Positions 53,001 through 63,458 of a stretch of 64,000 bases of DNA are shown one piece after another. The notes under the pieces were generated by a model. It was not told where the DNA came from and did no database searches. It saw nothing but the letters and a program-made list of their open reading frames with translations. This DNA comes from Klebsormidium nitens (Eukaryota > Plantae > Klebsormidiophyceae). The position numbers were made by a program, and so were the translations under genes. The stretch is taken from contig DF237233.1 in NCBI GenBank assembly GCA_000708835.1, forward strand, positions 1 through 64,000, given 5' to 3'. Position 1 is the first letter of the stretch; the number at the start of each line of letters is the position of its first letter.

Positions 53001-54415
53001 TGATGTTACTGAACCCGAAGCCAACTTTTTGCTTTTCGTAACTGAAAGGGAACTCAACCTTTCGTCAGTAGCCAGAGCCGACCTGGCTCCGAGGAGTTAC
53101 CAAATCGGCCAACAACAAAACGGACCCCTGCGGCTTTCAGGAAAATAACATCCTGGCATTGGCAATTGTGCGCCAAGCCTCGGCTAAACATCATTGCCGT
53201 TCAATCGCGAACGCAGGCCGCTGCCGCTAACACGGATTTCAAGGCTGTGGATATAGTTTCACAAATGTGGGAATAAAACCTCAGATTCCAGCAATAAGTC
53301 CTCGCAAAATGGAATCGATCAAACTCCACCAATCGGGGAAAGCTCGTAACATGGTTAACAGTAGCAAGAAGAACGCTGAAATCGACGACCACGAAAACTT
53401 CTCTTAAAAATTGCATCGAACTTTAGACAGCCTGGGGATATACAGTTGGTATTTATTGGTGGTGCGAAATGCACTCAGGAGGGAGTTAAATAATGGCGAT
53501 CTCCGCCAGATTGGTTCCATCCTTGCCCTTCCAGTGCGCAGGACGTAAGCAACTCGCTTGCCTCAATTGTTGAGGATTTAAGATTGAAACGCATTGAAGT
53601 ACCAAATGCTTAAGCTATGCGAGCTTCATGTTGCGTCCAGGCTGTCCGGCTTTGACACAGAGTCGGAATGGGGAAAGCAATCAAGAATGAACCCTGTCTA
53701 TAAGAAAGAGCGACTGGGTTTGCAGAAGCTTTGTAATGCAGTCCATGACTGCTCTTGCCTCTTCAAATTACATTGAGGGAAGAGTAAGAGGTTGGTGGAG
53801 CGAGTAACTGCCCTTCCTTCAGAAAGACAACAAGATGCACACAGTTGCAGCTTGGCTTCCACAATATCGAGTGGCCACGGAAAGGACATAGCAGACATGT
53901 GCGGTGTGATATCACAACAGCGAACTAGGGCGGAAAGTACTGAACAGGTGAGGAGAAAGAACCATCAATAACCTCGGCACTCCCCGCAACCTTCAGGTAT
54001 ACCACAGTAACTGCAACGGACGAGTCTTCCTTAATGGGGTTCGTCAACCAGCAATCGAACCGTTTGTTTACTCTGCAACTTTAGCACTTCAGAAGCAGGT
54101 TACCGCCAGGCTGCCCCTTTCCTCTGCGGCTTCGTTTTTCCTCCCCCTCTCACTCTTGCCGCTCCGGTTTGGTGCGCGGCGCCCCCGCCGCCACTCAATA
54201 GGTTCCTGCAGCGCACCGCACTCGGCATCAGTTCCACTTCTCGTTGCTTGCGAGCGACACGTCTGAACGCGGTGAGTTGGTCAGCGATGTGAGCGTCCGA
54301 TATTGGCGTGAGCTCATCAAAGTTCGTTTTCTACTTTATTTTCTTGCGGGCAAGCTTGAAATGATTGCCCCAGCCCCTGACGGCGCCCGGATCTCAAGAT
54401 TTTAGCACCGCTCTA

Positions 54416-54470
54416 CTACGACGGCGGTTTGGTGATCGTCTCTTCCCCAAATACACTGACGTCTTGTTTT
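54416..54470 (-). CDS. BRCT gene, tentative terminal exon
   Basis: TTTGACTTCACTTTCAG|A AAA CAA ... TCG TAG gives (R)KQDVSVFGEETITKPPS*. Other acceptors nearby are possible. Confidence 0.45.
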
Positions 54471-57400
54471 CTGAAAGTGAAGTCAAACAGGAAACCAGCT
54501 CAATGACCAGTAGCTTTTAGCGTTGCCTACAAAAAGTCCCCCGGTTGCTCGTCTTCCCAGTTGGTGGTGATTAGGAAGCTTAGTAAGCACTTGGTCGTGG
54601 AGATAGGGCGAAGAGAAAGAGTAACAAAGGACGAAAGACGAAAGACGAAGACAAGCGGAGTCTAGCAACGTGTCGGACTTACCGGCTCGTGTCCAGCTGC
54701 TGTTGGACTACTGCACTCATCAGAAACTCCGTCGTGTAGATTGGCGTCCCTGCAAAAGAAGCGAGGATCACTTACGGGTTCAGTTGAGTGCCCCACTTCA
54801 AGGGATCGCCAACTTCTGAAATAGACGTTGAAGCATACAAGAAGGTTCCCCTTCTCAAAGAGAAATTTCAGAAGCTTTGAGTAAAGCCTCTAGGTTTCCC
54901 TCCAACCATAAAGGGGAGCAACCGAGGTATAGCATAATCGAGCTTCGAATCGGGAAACGTGCTCATCAGAGCTTCGCTTGAATCAGGGTTGCTACATGAC
55001 AATCACTTTGCAGAAAGTCCTCGGTTCGCCACATAATACGGTGAGCGAATCAGCTCCGAGCGTGCTCGCAGGAGCGCTCTCTACTCGCAAAGCAGCCTGC
55101 TCAGATCGCTCGAGCTTTCAGTCCATTTTAGAAAGTGACGGACTTGCAGCATGATTACGGTCCTAGCCCAACAATCAGGATAGAAGTGGCACCTGCCACT
55201 GGGGATGCCAAGAAACGTGCAAATTATTATGGTCGGCATCAACTTTCTGACATTGCAAAGGGCCGTCCGCGAACGGACCAAAGGTGACCAATCAGAATGG
55301 GCCAGCTGTTCCCATCGTCCTTGCCCAGGTCTCGGAGAACCACAAACCGCTTTTGTTAGTGCAGCCAGTGTTCATTCGTAACCCACTCATGACTCGCAGA
55401 ACAGAGCAGATAATACCGAAGGCCCGCCTTCAGCGGCAACGACTCTTTGAGAACTTCACGCTGGCCAGCAACGGGAGGGAGGCATCTCCAGCCGTTCTTA
55501 TCGGCAGTGGCGTTAAATATCGCAACCAAGCAAGAGGCTGGCATCATGAGCAAAAGATGTAATGGAGCCTCTCTTAAAGGAGGCAATCAGTTTCAAAGAG
55601 AGTCAGTTCGTGGCCCCCAGGACGACCAACAAATTTTTGACTCATCGTGGCCCCTTCTGTACTGCTTGTGATTCAGAAAATCAGAAGTTGATCGCGGATG
55701 ATCATCCTGCTGCCAAGGCACGGGCAAACCAGAAGTCATTGCAACCTTATATCATGGTTACTTTGGGCAGAACACAGAACCACCATTAAACTTGATAGCG
55801 AAAGAGCTACTCGGCATCAAAGAGAACCATTCCAGGTGTTGCACTGCCATCGGAGCTTGCACTTCAGCATGCCAGCCGCCCCGTGCCTTTTCACTCAAAG
55901 GACAAAACGTGCTTCGATTTTCACAGGAGCTGGAAAGCTTACAGAGGCAATCAGACTAGCTAGACTAGAGCCAAGAAACCCCGCTCGGTATTGACCTCAT
56001 GCGGGAACCGCTTGAAGTATGCATGGAAAGTCCTGGACAACCACAGATTCTGGGAGGGCAGGCATCGTGCAGACCTCAATCCTGGCGGCTTCTCGCCATC
56101 ACGAGGTATCATCCTTGCCCTGAAACATTTTACGATGGGTAAGGTGCAACAATTCCCCCTAGGATGATAAATCCCCTTCGGACAACAAGTCATGACAATA
56201 TTATCCCGAAACATGGCAAAGCATCGGAGAAAGACTGTGAATGAAGTATCGGAAACTAGGGTTTTAGCCATTACCCATGACGAAAAGAAAGTCAGGACTA
56301 AGCACACAAAACCTCAGCTTCTGACGGGCAATCAACGAACTCCCAACCTGCGTCTGGCAATCGTCTGCAGCCAACGTCACCAGTGATCATTGCCCACGAG
56401 AATGCTATCAGAACCTCCGCTTCAAAAGTTTCTACTACGCTGCACAACCCATCTCCTCGCAACGTCTCGATGATTCCCTGGATCTCCAACATTCCCAGTA
56501 CTCAGCAGATTTTGCAGATTGAAACCAGTGCAAAACTTCAGCAGGTGGGTCTAGTAGGAGCTTTCTAAAAAGGCACCAACTCTTCCGGCACTGTGGACGA
56601 GCTTGTCAGAGCTTCAGAAAACGAGGGAGTCATGCGCAGGGAAATGCATCGTAACAAACTTGCAACTGGCCAGTGTCGTCATTATGTCCTTACAACAGAC
56701 CGATGGCACCAAAGATCAGATCGTAAAGATATGGCCAGACGCGATCTACCGACCTAAAACTTATGGCTCAGAGAAATCAGACCACAAAGACCAACCCTTG
56801 GCTGTATCGACCGTGGCAAATCTGCATCACTGCCCTTTCGTCTTAAACGCTCGATGCCTCAAAAACATAGAAGAGAGGTTTTCAAAATCGCTCCATTACG
56901 TTGCTGTATTCACGTAACGGATCTTCTTTCCAAGTATGTAATCTGGTTAAAAAGGACACAATATGGGGATTGACTGACCACTGGAAGCCGGCCCGATGCA
57001 GTATAAGGAACAACAAGAGAGAACTTCAAAATGCACTCAGCCTTCTCACAAGGTTTAGAGGTGAATCAGATAAATCAGGCTGGACCACAGCCTTAGGGAA
57101 TTGCATAATATGCAGCAGCCCGGCCTTTTTAGCCGTTCCCAATTGACGAGCCAGGCACCGAGAAAGGAGCAGCAGCGCACACATCACATTAGTTGCATGG
57201 AGCGTCACAGTTCAATGAGCCAGAGCCGTCCGTCCAGCTTATCCGAAAATCTACCGAACAACAGGCAAGCAACGACTCTTCAAAGCCAAAACGTCCCCTG
57301 AGCAGACTCTGACGAAAGGAACCCAACCTCACAAGCTGAACAATCAAATATCGAGCCTACCAGACCTGAAGTCCAAAGATGAAAGCCAAACAAGCAAACC

Positions 57401-60400
57401 TCACGAAACTTTTCTCATCAAATTCGACTTCGCCCAGATTCGACGGTAGACGCTCTCAAGGAACGGCGTATTGGAGCCTGCCTGCCGTAAAGACGCTTGT
57501 ATCAAGTAGAGGGTCACCTTTGGTTGCGAGCGGCTCCCACAGGTTTCGGTCTTTGTCAGAGGACACGACGAGGCAGGAGTCGGCCCCGGCCCCTGTGAAC
57601 CGCGTTATGAGCTGCGAGACAACGAGAGGCTGGTGCTGTAAGCGGAAGGAAGCACTGCTTCGGAGCTTGCGCTCTCTTTTGCGCACCTAGACGTTAGGTG
57701 AACGGTCGACGTGCGTTTGTGAGGCCAGCAGACACATACGTATAACTCGTGGAGCCAAAGACTGGCGAAGCGGGAAAGGGGAGTTGCAAAAAGCTGGCTG
57801 CATTGATTGGAACAGTGACCAAACACAGGAATAAGTCAGTGGACCGAGGCATGCATTGAAGCGCTCTGTGGTTGATACAAGATCTGGTTGGCGTGACGTT
57901 GAACTGATTTGCAGAGGACGTTGGCCACGTGGTGCTCCGGCACTGCTTTTGAGTTCGATGAGTTCAGAGTACTTCAATACAAGAAGCCCCAGGAGATAGT
58001 TTTCTCAAAGTACTTATGTATAAGAAGCCCCAGGAGTTACTTTCCTCAAAGGAGCCTTGCTGTGACATCCGAAATAACCCAGCTGCGTGCGACTCATTTA
58101 GAAAAGAACCTAAATCGAACCAAGACTGACGCCTTTTCACAATCTAACACAAGCAAGGAACAGGACGCACCTCGCCGCCACCCATCTCCAGGATGCCCTT
58201 GAAGAAATTTCGATCAGGAGTGGTGTTCGGGGTGATGTACACTTTGAGCCCCTGCAGAAGAAGGGACATGGTTCTCCCACGTTGCATGACGTTGCTAAAA
58301 GTCATTTTCTCAAAGCCTTACAGTCTGCCGCGAAAAGCAAACTCTCTGGGGAAGGGCCTAGATTTTCCCCGCTCTTTCACGGATCTATGGTGTTTTCCGT
58401 GAGAGCTCATGCTTACAACCTAATCCTACTCGCGGCCCAAACCAGAACTCTGCGATGGTCGGGGGCTGGCATAAGAGCGAGGTTCAAGGACAATCACAAT
58501 CAAACGGGTAGGGTCTGCAGCACTTTGCTTTATTNNNNNNNNNNNNNNNNNNNNNNNNNNNNNNNNNNNNNNNNNNNNNNNNNNNNNNNNNNNNNNNNNN
58601 NNNNNNNNNNNNNNNNNNNNNNNNNNNNNNNNNNNNNNNNNNNNNNNNNNNNNNNNNNNNNNNNNNNNNNNNNNNNNNNNNNNNNNNNNNNNNNNNNNNN
58701 NNNNNNNNNNNNNNNNNNNNNNNNNNNNNNNNNNNNNNNNNNNNNNNNNNNNNNNNNNNNNNNNNNNNNNNNNNNNNNNNNNNNNNNNNNNNNNNNNNNN
58801 NNNNNNNNNNNNNNNNNNNNNNNNNNNNNNNNNNNNNNNNNNNNNNNNNNNNNNNNNNNNNNNNNNNNNNNNNNNNNNNNNNNNNNNNNNNNNNNNNNNN
58901 NNNNNNNNNNNNNNNNNNNNNNNNNNNNNNNNNNNNNNNNNNNNNNNNNNNNNNNNNNNNNNNNNNNNNNNNNNNNNNNNNNNNNNNNNNNNNNNNNGGG
59001 TAGGGTCTGCAGCACTTTGCTTTATTCAAATCTAGTGAAGTCTGGCGACTCCTCAAGAGCAAGATTGCTGTAAGGACCGAATAAATTGCGCCGCTGGCCA
59101 AAGGCAGGACACGAAGAGGCTCTGAACGGCGGTTCTCAAGGTTCGGGCTCCGTGGCAAAGTTCCTTGGCCGTCTTGCCAATGATGGCTGTCATCCTTGCC
59201 CTGGCGAACTCGAGAATATACGCACGGGCGCTTGTTCAATCCGACTTAATAGAGCGGCTCAAAATACTGTAAACGAGATGCGATCGTAGGAACCGGGGCT
59301 TCCGTAGCAAAGTTTCGACACAGTTGCTCGAAGGAGCGAAGAAAGCGACAAGGTGGAAAGAGAGAGTCGGAAAGATGCCAGCACCCAGACATGCAACGAT
59401 TATCGAGGCAATCGGGCCCGCACGCTTTCGGAGAACGTGCGAGGCTTGCAGTTCAACTAGGACGAGGTCAAGAGCGCCGTCGAATCGCGGTCACAAAGAA
59501 CTCCTCAGTTGACACAAATGGCTTCTGGCTTTGCTTGTCCGGTAAGCTTTTGAGGTCGGAACCCATTTCAAAACCTGACAAGACGAGGCGAAATAGAGCG
59601 TCTTCAAGATTCCTACCTCAAAGATGCGCTTCTCCTTAGCGGCGGCCAGTGACGCTTTCAGCGAGAAGTTGAACTTCTTTTCCTGCTTCTCATCCTGCAC
59701 ATATAAGACGCCCTCTTGAGGAGAACTTTGGCGAGCTTTACGCAGTTCTCGACGGTGAAGTTGCAGCACGCCAGCACAAGGCAGGCGTCCGAAGCAGTCG
59801 ACCACTTTGTATTCGTAACAGCCCACACACCCTAGTGTCAGATCAGGCAAGGAATACTCAAGTATGCCGTTAACTGGCCCACTTGAATACGTAACATGCT
59901 GGTCTTCTCTTCTCGATTCCAAGAGTCGGCCGTCTTTTCTATTCACAACCGCAGACCTGAAAGCACCTTGGATTGTTGACGACGTGATCGGACCAATAGT
60001 GATTTTGTACAGCGCGACGACTTTTCTGAGCTTCCCTCTTGGATTAACTTCAACCTTTTAATGAGTCTGAACACCGCAGCCCTCGAGATGGTAACAGAAA
60101 CACCAGAACCGCTCGCGGTGATCAAGTAGGACGCCTTCGTTCAACCCACTCCTTGCCTCAACTTTCATCCGAAGCAGGGTCTAAATCATAACTGCATTTC
60201 GAAGAGAGTGACCGCAATCTCCTTGAACAGCTGCGGCTGAAAACCCATCATTATTCTCCATCAGATCGAGCGGCACTGAACGATCCTCAGCCTGTTCAAC
60301 GTCGCAAGCGAAAGGAAATCTAGCCCAGGAATGCTTCACCTGAAGGCATGCGGTTCTTCGTCCTCGAAGTAGCTCGCTTGCCCGCAGCTCTCCAGCCAGA

Positions 60401-63400
60401 CGGCCCTGCCAAAATTGTGGCCAATCACCGCACCACAAAAAAACCAAGCGTCAGATTCCGTACCTGAAGCATATGCGGCTCCTCGTCTTCAAAGTAGTTC
60501 GCCTGACCGCAGCTCTCCAGCCAGCTGGCCTTCACGATCTTCTTGGCGCCCACGATCGCCTCCAACATCGTCTGCGTCCGGCCAAACGTCTCCGCGACCA
60601 GGTGCGTGCACGACGGCACGTCTTGCGCCTCTTGAGCGCCCAGCCGTTTGAGAATCTGTGGAAGACGTTGGTTTATGTTTGTTCCTTTCTTGTCCGGCCA
60701 ATTAAAAGCTGCACCAGACGCATGCACGACGGCACATCTTGCGCCTCTTGGGCGCCCAGCCGTTTTGTCGAGAAAGAAGACTATTTTTCGAGAAAGAAGA
60801 ATATCTTTAATCTTTGTACGAATGTGTGCGGGAAATTGGGGCTTCGTTTGGTCCGCCTTCTCGTGTGTCTTGCTTTTTAAAGTTGCCGAAAACTTTCTGC
60901 GACCAGGTGCGTGCACGACGGCACGTCCTGTGCCTCTTGCGCGCCCAGCCGTTTCAGAATCTGTGCAGAAACAAGAGGGTTGTGTTGAATCTGCTTTTTC
61001 GGATTGAGTTCTGGCCGGCCAAACGACTTCGCGACCAAATGCGTGCACGACGGCACGTCTTAGACTTCTTACGCGCAATGTCAGAATCTTGAAAAAGAGA
61101 CTTCAGTTTGGGGTATTTACTCGGTATTTGGCGGCAACTGGTATGTGGCGGCAAATTATAAGTAGCGGGCTGAAAGAGTATGCGACCACGTGCGTGCACG
61201 ACGGCACGTTTCGCGACTTCCGGACACCCAATCTTTTCAGATTCTGTATAAGAGACGGATCAGTGTTTTGGGTCGCATTCTTTCGCGCCTCTTGCTAAGG
61301 GAATGTTCGACCGTCCGAACCTGGTCTGCAACCACGTGGCTTGCAGAAGTGCACGTCTTGCGCCTCCTAAACTCCCATCCGTTTCGACATCCGTGCCAAA
61401 CGCACCCCTTTTGTAAAAGAGGCAATCCAAGCAGCGAGCACGCCCCCCTTTTGTACAGAATGCTACTCTAGCAGCGAGTCTGATCCGAATCACAGTCACA
61501 GTTGGACACACCTTCTTCTGGGCGGCCTTCACGCGATCCGGCATCCTGGAGCTGACGAAGACCCGCAGCTCCCCCATCTCCCGCTTCTTCCGCAGCGTCG
61601 GGCTCACCAAACCCTCCAGGTCATCGCTAACCCTGCCGCTAACCCGCACGCTGAGCCTCCCCCGGCCGCCTTGCCCCCCCCCATCGTCCCCACTCGTTCG
61701 AGCCCCCCTCGTCAAAGTTCTCGCCGACCCGCCCGCCTCTTCCGCTTTCCGCCGCTCAGCATTCCCCTCTGCCGGTGCTTCGTCTTTGCTCGTCCCCTGT
61801 TCTTCCGCTTCGTTAGTGGACTTTTTCGCTCCTCTTGACGACACCCGTTCTGATGGTCCGGCCTTACCCCCTTCGTCTGACGCTTTCTTCTCCGCTCCTT
61901 CTGCAACCAACTGCCCCCGTCGCGTTCGCTTCGTCGGCCTCTGCTCTTCTCCGCCTATTACCGCACCCGCCACATCATCATCCACCTTCTCCACCTTCGC
62001 ATCTTCTTGTGGTGCTCCTCCTTGCTTCGCAGCAGCTCTGCCCCTCTTCCCAACACTTCGCTTCCCCTTTCTTTCGGCTGCCGCACCGATCTCAACGACT
62101 TCCTCTTCTTCCTCAGCACCACTTACATCCTCAAGCGCCCCCTGGTCTTTCACCGTTCCGCTTCCGGTTTCGTTTCCGCTTCCGGCCCTCAATTCCTTCT
62201 CTGCGCCCTCGCTCACATCAGTCCTGCCAGTCTTTGCCACCTCCACCTCTCCCTTCGGCTTTCTCCCCTTGCGTGCTGGCCTCGTCTCCACCGCTCTGGA
62301 TTGTCCTACCTCTTCTTTCGCGCTCTCCTTGCCAGCACCTTGTCTTGTCGTCCTCCCCCCAGATCCTTGATCTTTTTCTGCCGCCTTTTCTGTTGCCGCA
62401 TCCGTTCCTGCTGCAACAAACACGATCTCGCCGTCTTGATCTCCTTCAGCCGCATCCACTCCTCCCTCCCCTCCCTCGTCTCTTTCAGCCACTGCTTGCA
62501 ATTCGAGCCCGCTTTGTTCCTCCAAAGTCTCTGCCTTCCTCTTACTCCCACCCTTGCCTTTCGCCGTTACCATCGAACTCACTTCCTTGTCTCCGCTTCC
62601 AACACCAGCTTTACCTTTCCCAGGCCCCTTCTCTGCTCCTGGCTTCCGCTTCTCGACGACCTCTTTCTTCTCCCGCAAACTCGCTATCGGCACCTGGCTG
62701 AATGCAAGATCCAATCCTCCCGCCTCGTCCTCAGCTTGCTCCACCTCTCCTCTGCGATTCCTTGTCCTTATAAGACTCGCGATTGGCACCATACTGCTCC
62801 GCCTCCGAGCCCCCGGAGCCTCCTGGGGGGCCACTGACGCTGCCTTCTGGACCCCCCCATCCCGTGCTTTCGCGGCTTCTGTTTGTGGCTTCTCAGGTTC
62901 GCTGCTCTTCGCCTCCCGAGATGGCGTCTCCCGGAACCTGCTGCTGACGATTCTTCCCCCCGGCCCTCTCGCCCTCTTCGCGTCTCTTTCTTCCGCTTTC
63001 CCTCCAACAGCATCAGCCGCCTTCTCCGCTTCCTTTCCCCGTTTCCGACGTCCACGGGCTGCAGGTTCCGTTACATTCCCCGTTCCGGTCCCTTCTGCCT
63101 GTGCAGACGGATCCTCGCGGGTCATTGGCGCTACCAGCAAGGCCGTCGCCTCCTTAGCACCCCCCTCGACCTTCTTCCGCTTTGCTTCGCCCGTTCCTGC
63201 ACCCTCGGCGGACCGTTTCGCTCCCAATTGCCCCTTTCCCGCTGCCCCTTTGTCTTCGTGGGGGGCCGACTTCGGCACTCCTGTGGCGGACGGTTCGGTA
63301 GGCCTGGCCCGCTTCGTGTCTGACTGCTCTTTTCTGGTTGCTTTGTGGGCGCTTTTCGGGGCGTCGTTCACGTCGCTTTCGCCGATACTCGTCAACGCGC

Positions 63401-63458
63401 TTTTCAAGGCGCCCTTCTTGGCTCCCTTCAGCTTCTTCCACTTTGGCAGGATGGGCAC
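54416..63458 (-). CDS. Multi-exon protein with a long K/E/R/G-rich disordered region and C-terminal tandem BRCT domains (MDC1/PTIP-like; plant BCP3/BCP4-type); 5' exons not resolved
   Basis: GT-AG exon chain in consistent phase: 63458-61512, 60655-60464, 59694-59617, 58251-58171, 57611-57518, 54749-54683 and a tentative last exon 54470-54416. The joined C-terminus reads ...ELRVFVSSRMPDRVKAAQKK|ILKRLGAQEAQDVPSCTHLVAETFGRTQTMLEAIVGAKKIVKASWLESCGQANYFEDEEPHMLQ|DEKQEKKFNFSLKASLAAAKEKRIFE|GLKVYITPNTTPDRNFFKGILEMGGGE|LITRFTGAGADSCLVVSSDKDRNLWEPLATKG|TPIYTTEFLMSAVVQQQLDTSR. This has the tBRCT layout (THLV, RT..ML.AI, WL..C, linker FSL..SL, second BRCT VYITP). Confidence 0.9.
54683..54749 (-). CDS. 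BRCT gene exon, BRCT2 end
   Basis: CTTCTTTTGCAG|GG ... CG|GTAAGT, matching the phase-1 entry. Encodes (G)TPIYTTEFLMSAVVQQQLDTS(R). Confidence 0.85.
57518..57611 (-). CDS. BRCT gene exon, BRCT2 middle
   Basis: TCGCAG|CTC ... AAAG|GTGACC, 94 nt with a phase-1 exit. An alternative upstream in-frame acceptor exists at 57686. Confidence 0.75.
58171..58251 (-). CDS. BRCT gene exon, start of BRCT2 (27 codons)
   Basis: CTTCTGCAG|GGG ... GAG|GTGCGT. Encodes GLKVYITPNTTPDRNFFKGILEMGGGE. Confidence 0.85.
58535..58997. other. Assembly gap (463 N), probably spurious because the contig ends overlap
   Basis: The identical 29-mer GGGTAGGGTCTGCAGCACTTTGCTTTATT occurs on both sides (58506-58534 and 58998-59026). 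Confidence 0.9.
59617..59694 (-). CDS. BRCT gene exon, inter-BRCT linker (26 codons)
   Basis: GTGCAG|GAT ... GAG|GTAGGA. Encodes DEKQEKKFNFSLKASLAAAKEKRIFE. Confidence 0.85.
60340..61400 (-). repeat. Tandem intronic copies of fragments of the BRCT1 exon
   Basis: Five copies of the exon 5' end (core GTGCCGTCGTGCACGCA) at ~60722, 60910, 61042, 61195 and 61340, upstream of the true exon. One copy of the exon 3' end with its donor lies at 60340-60405. Confidence 0.9.
60464..60655 (-). CDS. BRCT gene exon, BRCT1 core (64 codons)
   Basis: CACAG|ATTCTC ... CTTCAG|GTACGG. Encodes ILKRLGAQ...THLVA...WLESCG...PHMLQ. Confidence 0.9.
61512..63458 (-). CDS. BRCT gene large exon (649 codons, low-complexity charged region plus start of BRCT1)
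   Basis: Acceptor ...CTGAC...TTTACTAG|GTG at 63458 and donor AAG|GTGTGT at 61511. GC-rich open frame. Confidence 0.9.

Larger units (their letters stand above)
30030..53560 (+). repeat. Large higher-order tandem repeat array (pseudogene-derived), ~15 copies of the main module
   Basis: The anchor (GTGCTCG)TGGGCCATCCTTGCC recurs at ~30374, 32181, 33032, 33521, 34737, 37602, 39799, 42479, 43657, 44919, 46518, 48044, 48971, 50292 and 52947. Companion motifs AGAAGTGCGTCGG, GACGAGCTGTTCGCC, CGAGGCTCTCAGAA and AAAGTGCAGCGCA recur in conserved order. All frames carry stops and indels. Confidence 0.9.

Noticed and set aside
30030-53560. CRISPR-like interpretation of the recurring motifs
   Set aside because: Spacing is hundreds of bases, the intervening sequence is itself homologous, there are no cas genes, and the context is eukaryotic.
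54070-54340. ~80-codon open minus frame just downstream of the BRCT gene stop
   Set aside because: No start or convincing acceptor and no recognisable domain; probably 3' UTR or chance. It could be re-examined as an alternative last exon with RNA-seq.
19221-58060. Small local duplications (15 bp at 19221, 19-bp spacing at ~37940, ~41 bp at 57981, 12 bp at ~31925)
   Set aside because: Ordinary slippage products with no sign of function.
58506-59026. 29-bp direct repeat flanking a gap (could look like a TSD or LTR ends)
   Set aside because: An exact duplicate abutting both sides of the N run is typical of unmerged contig overlap.
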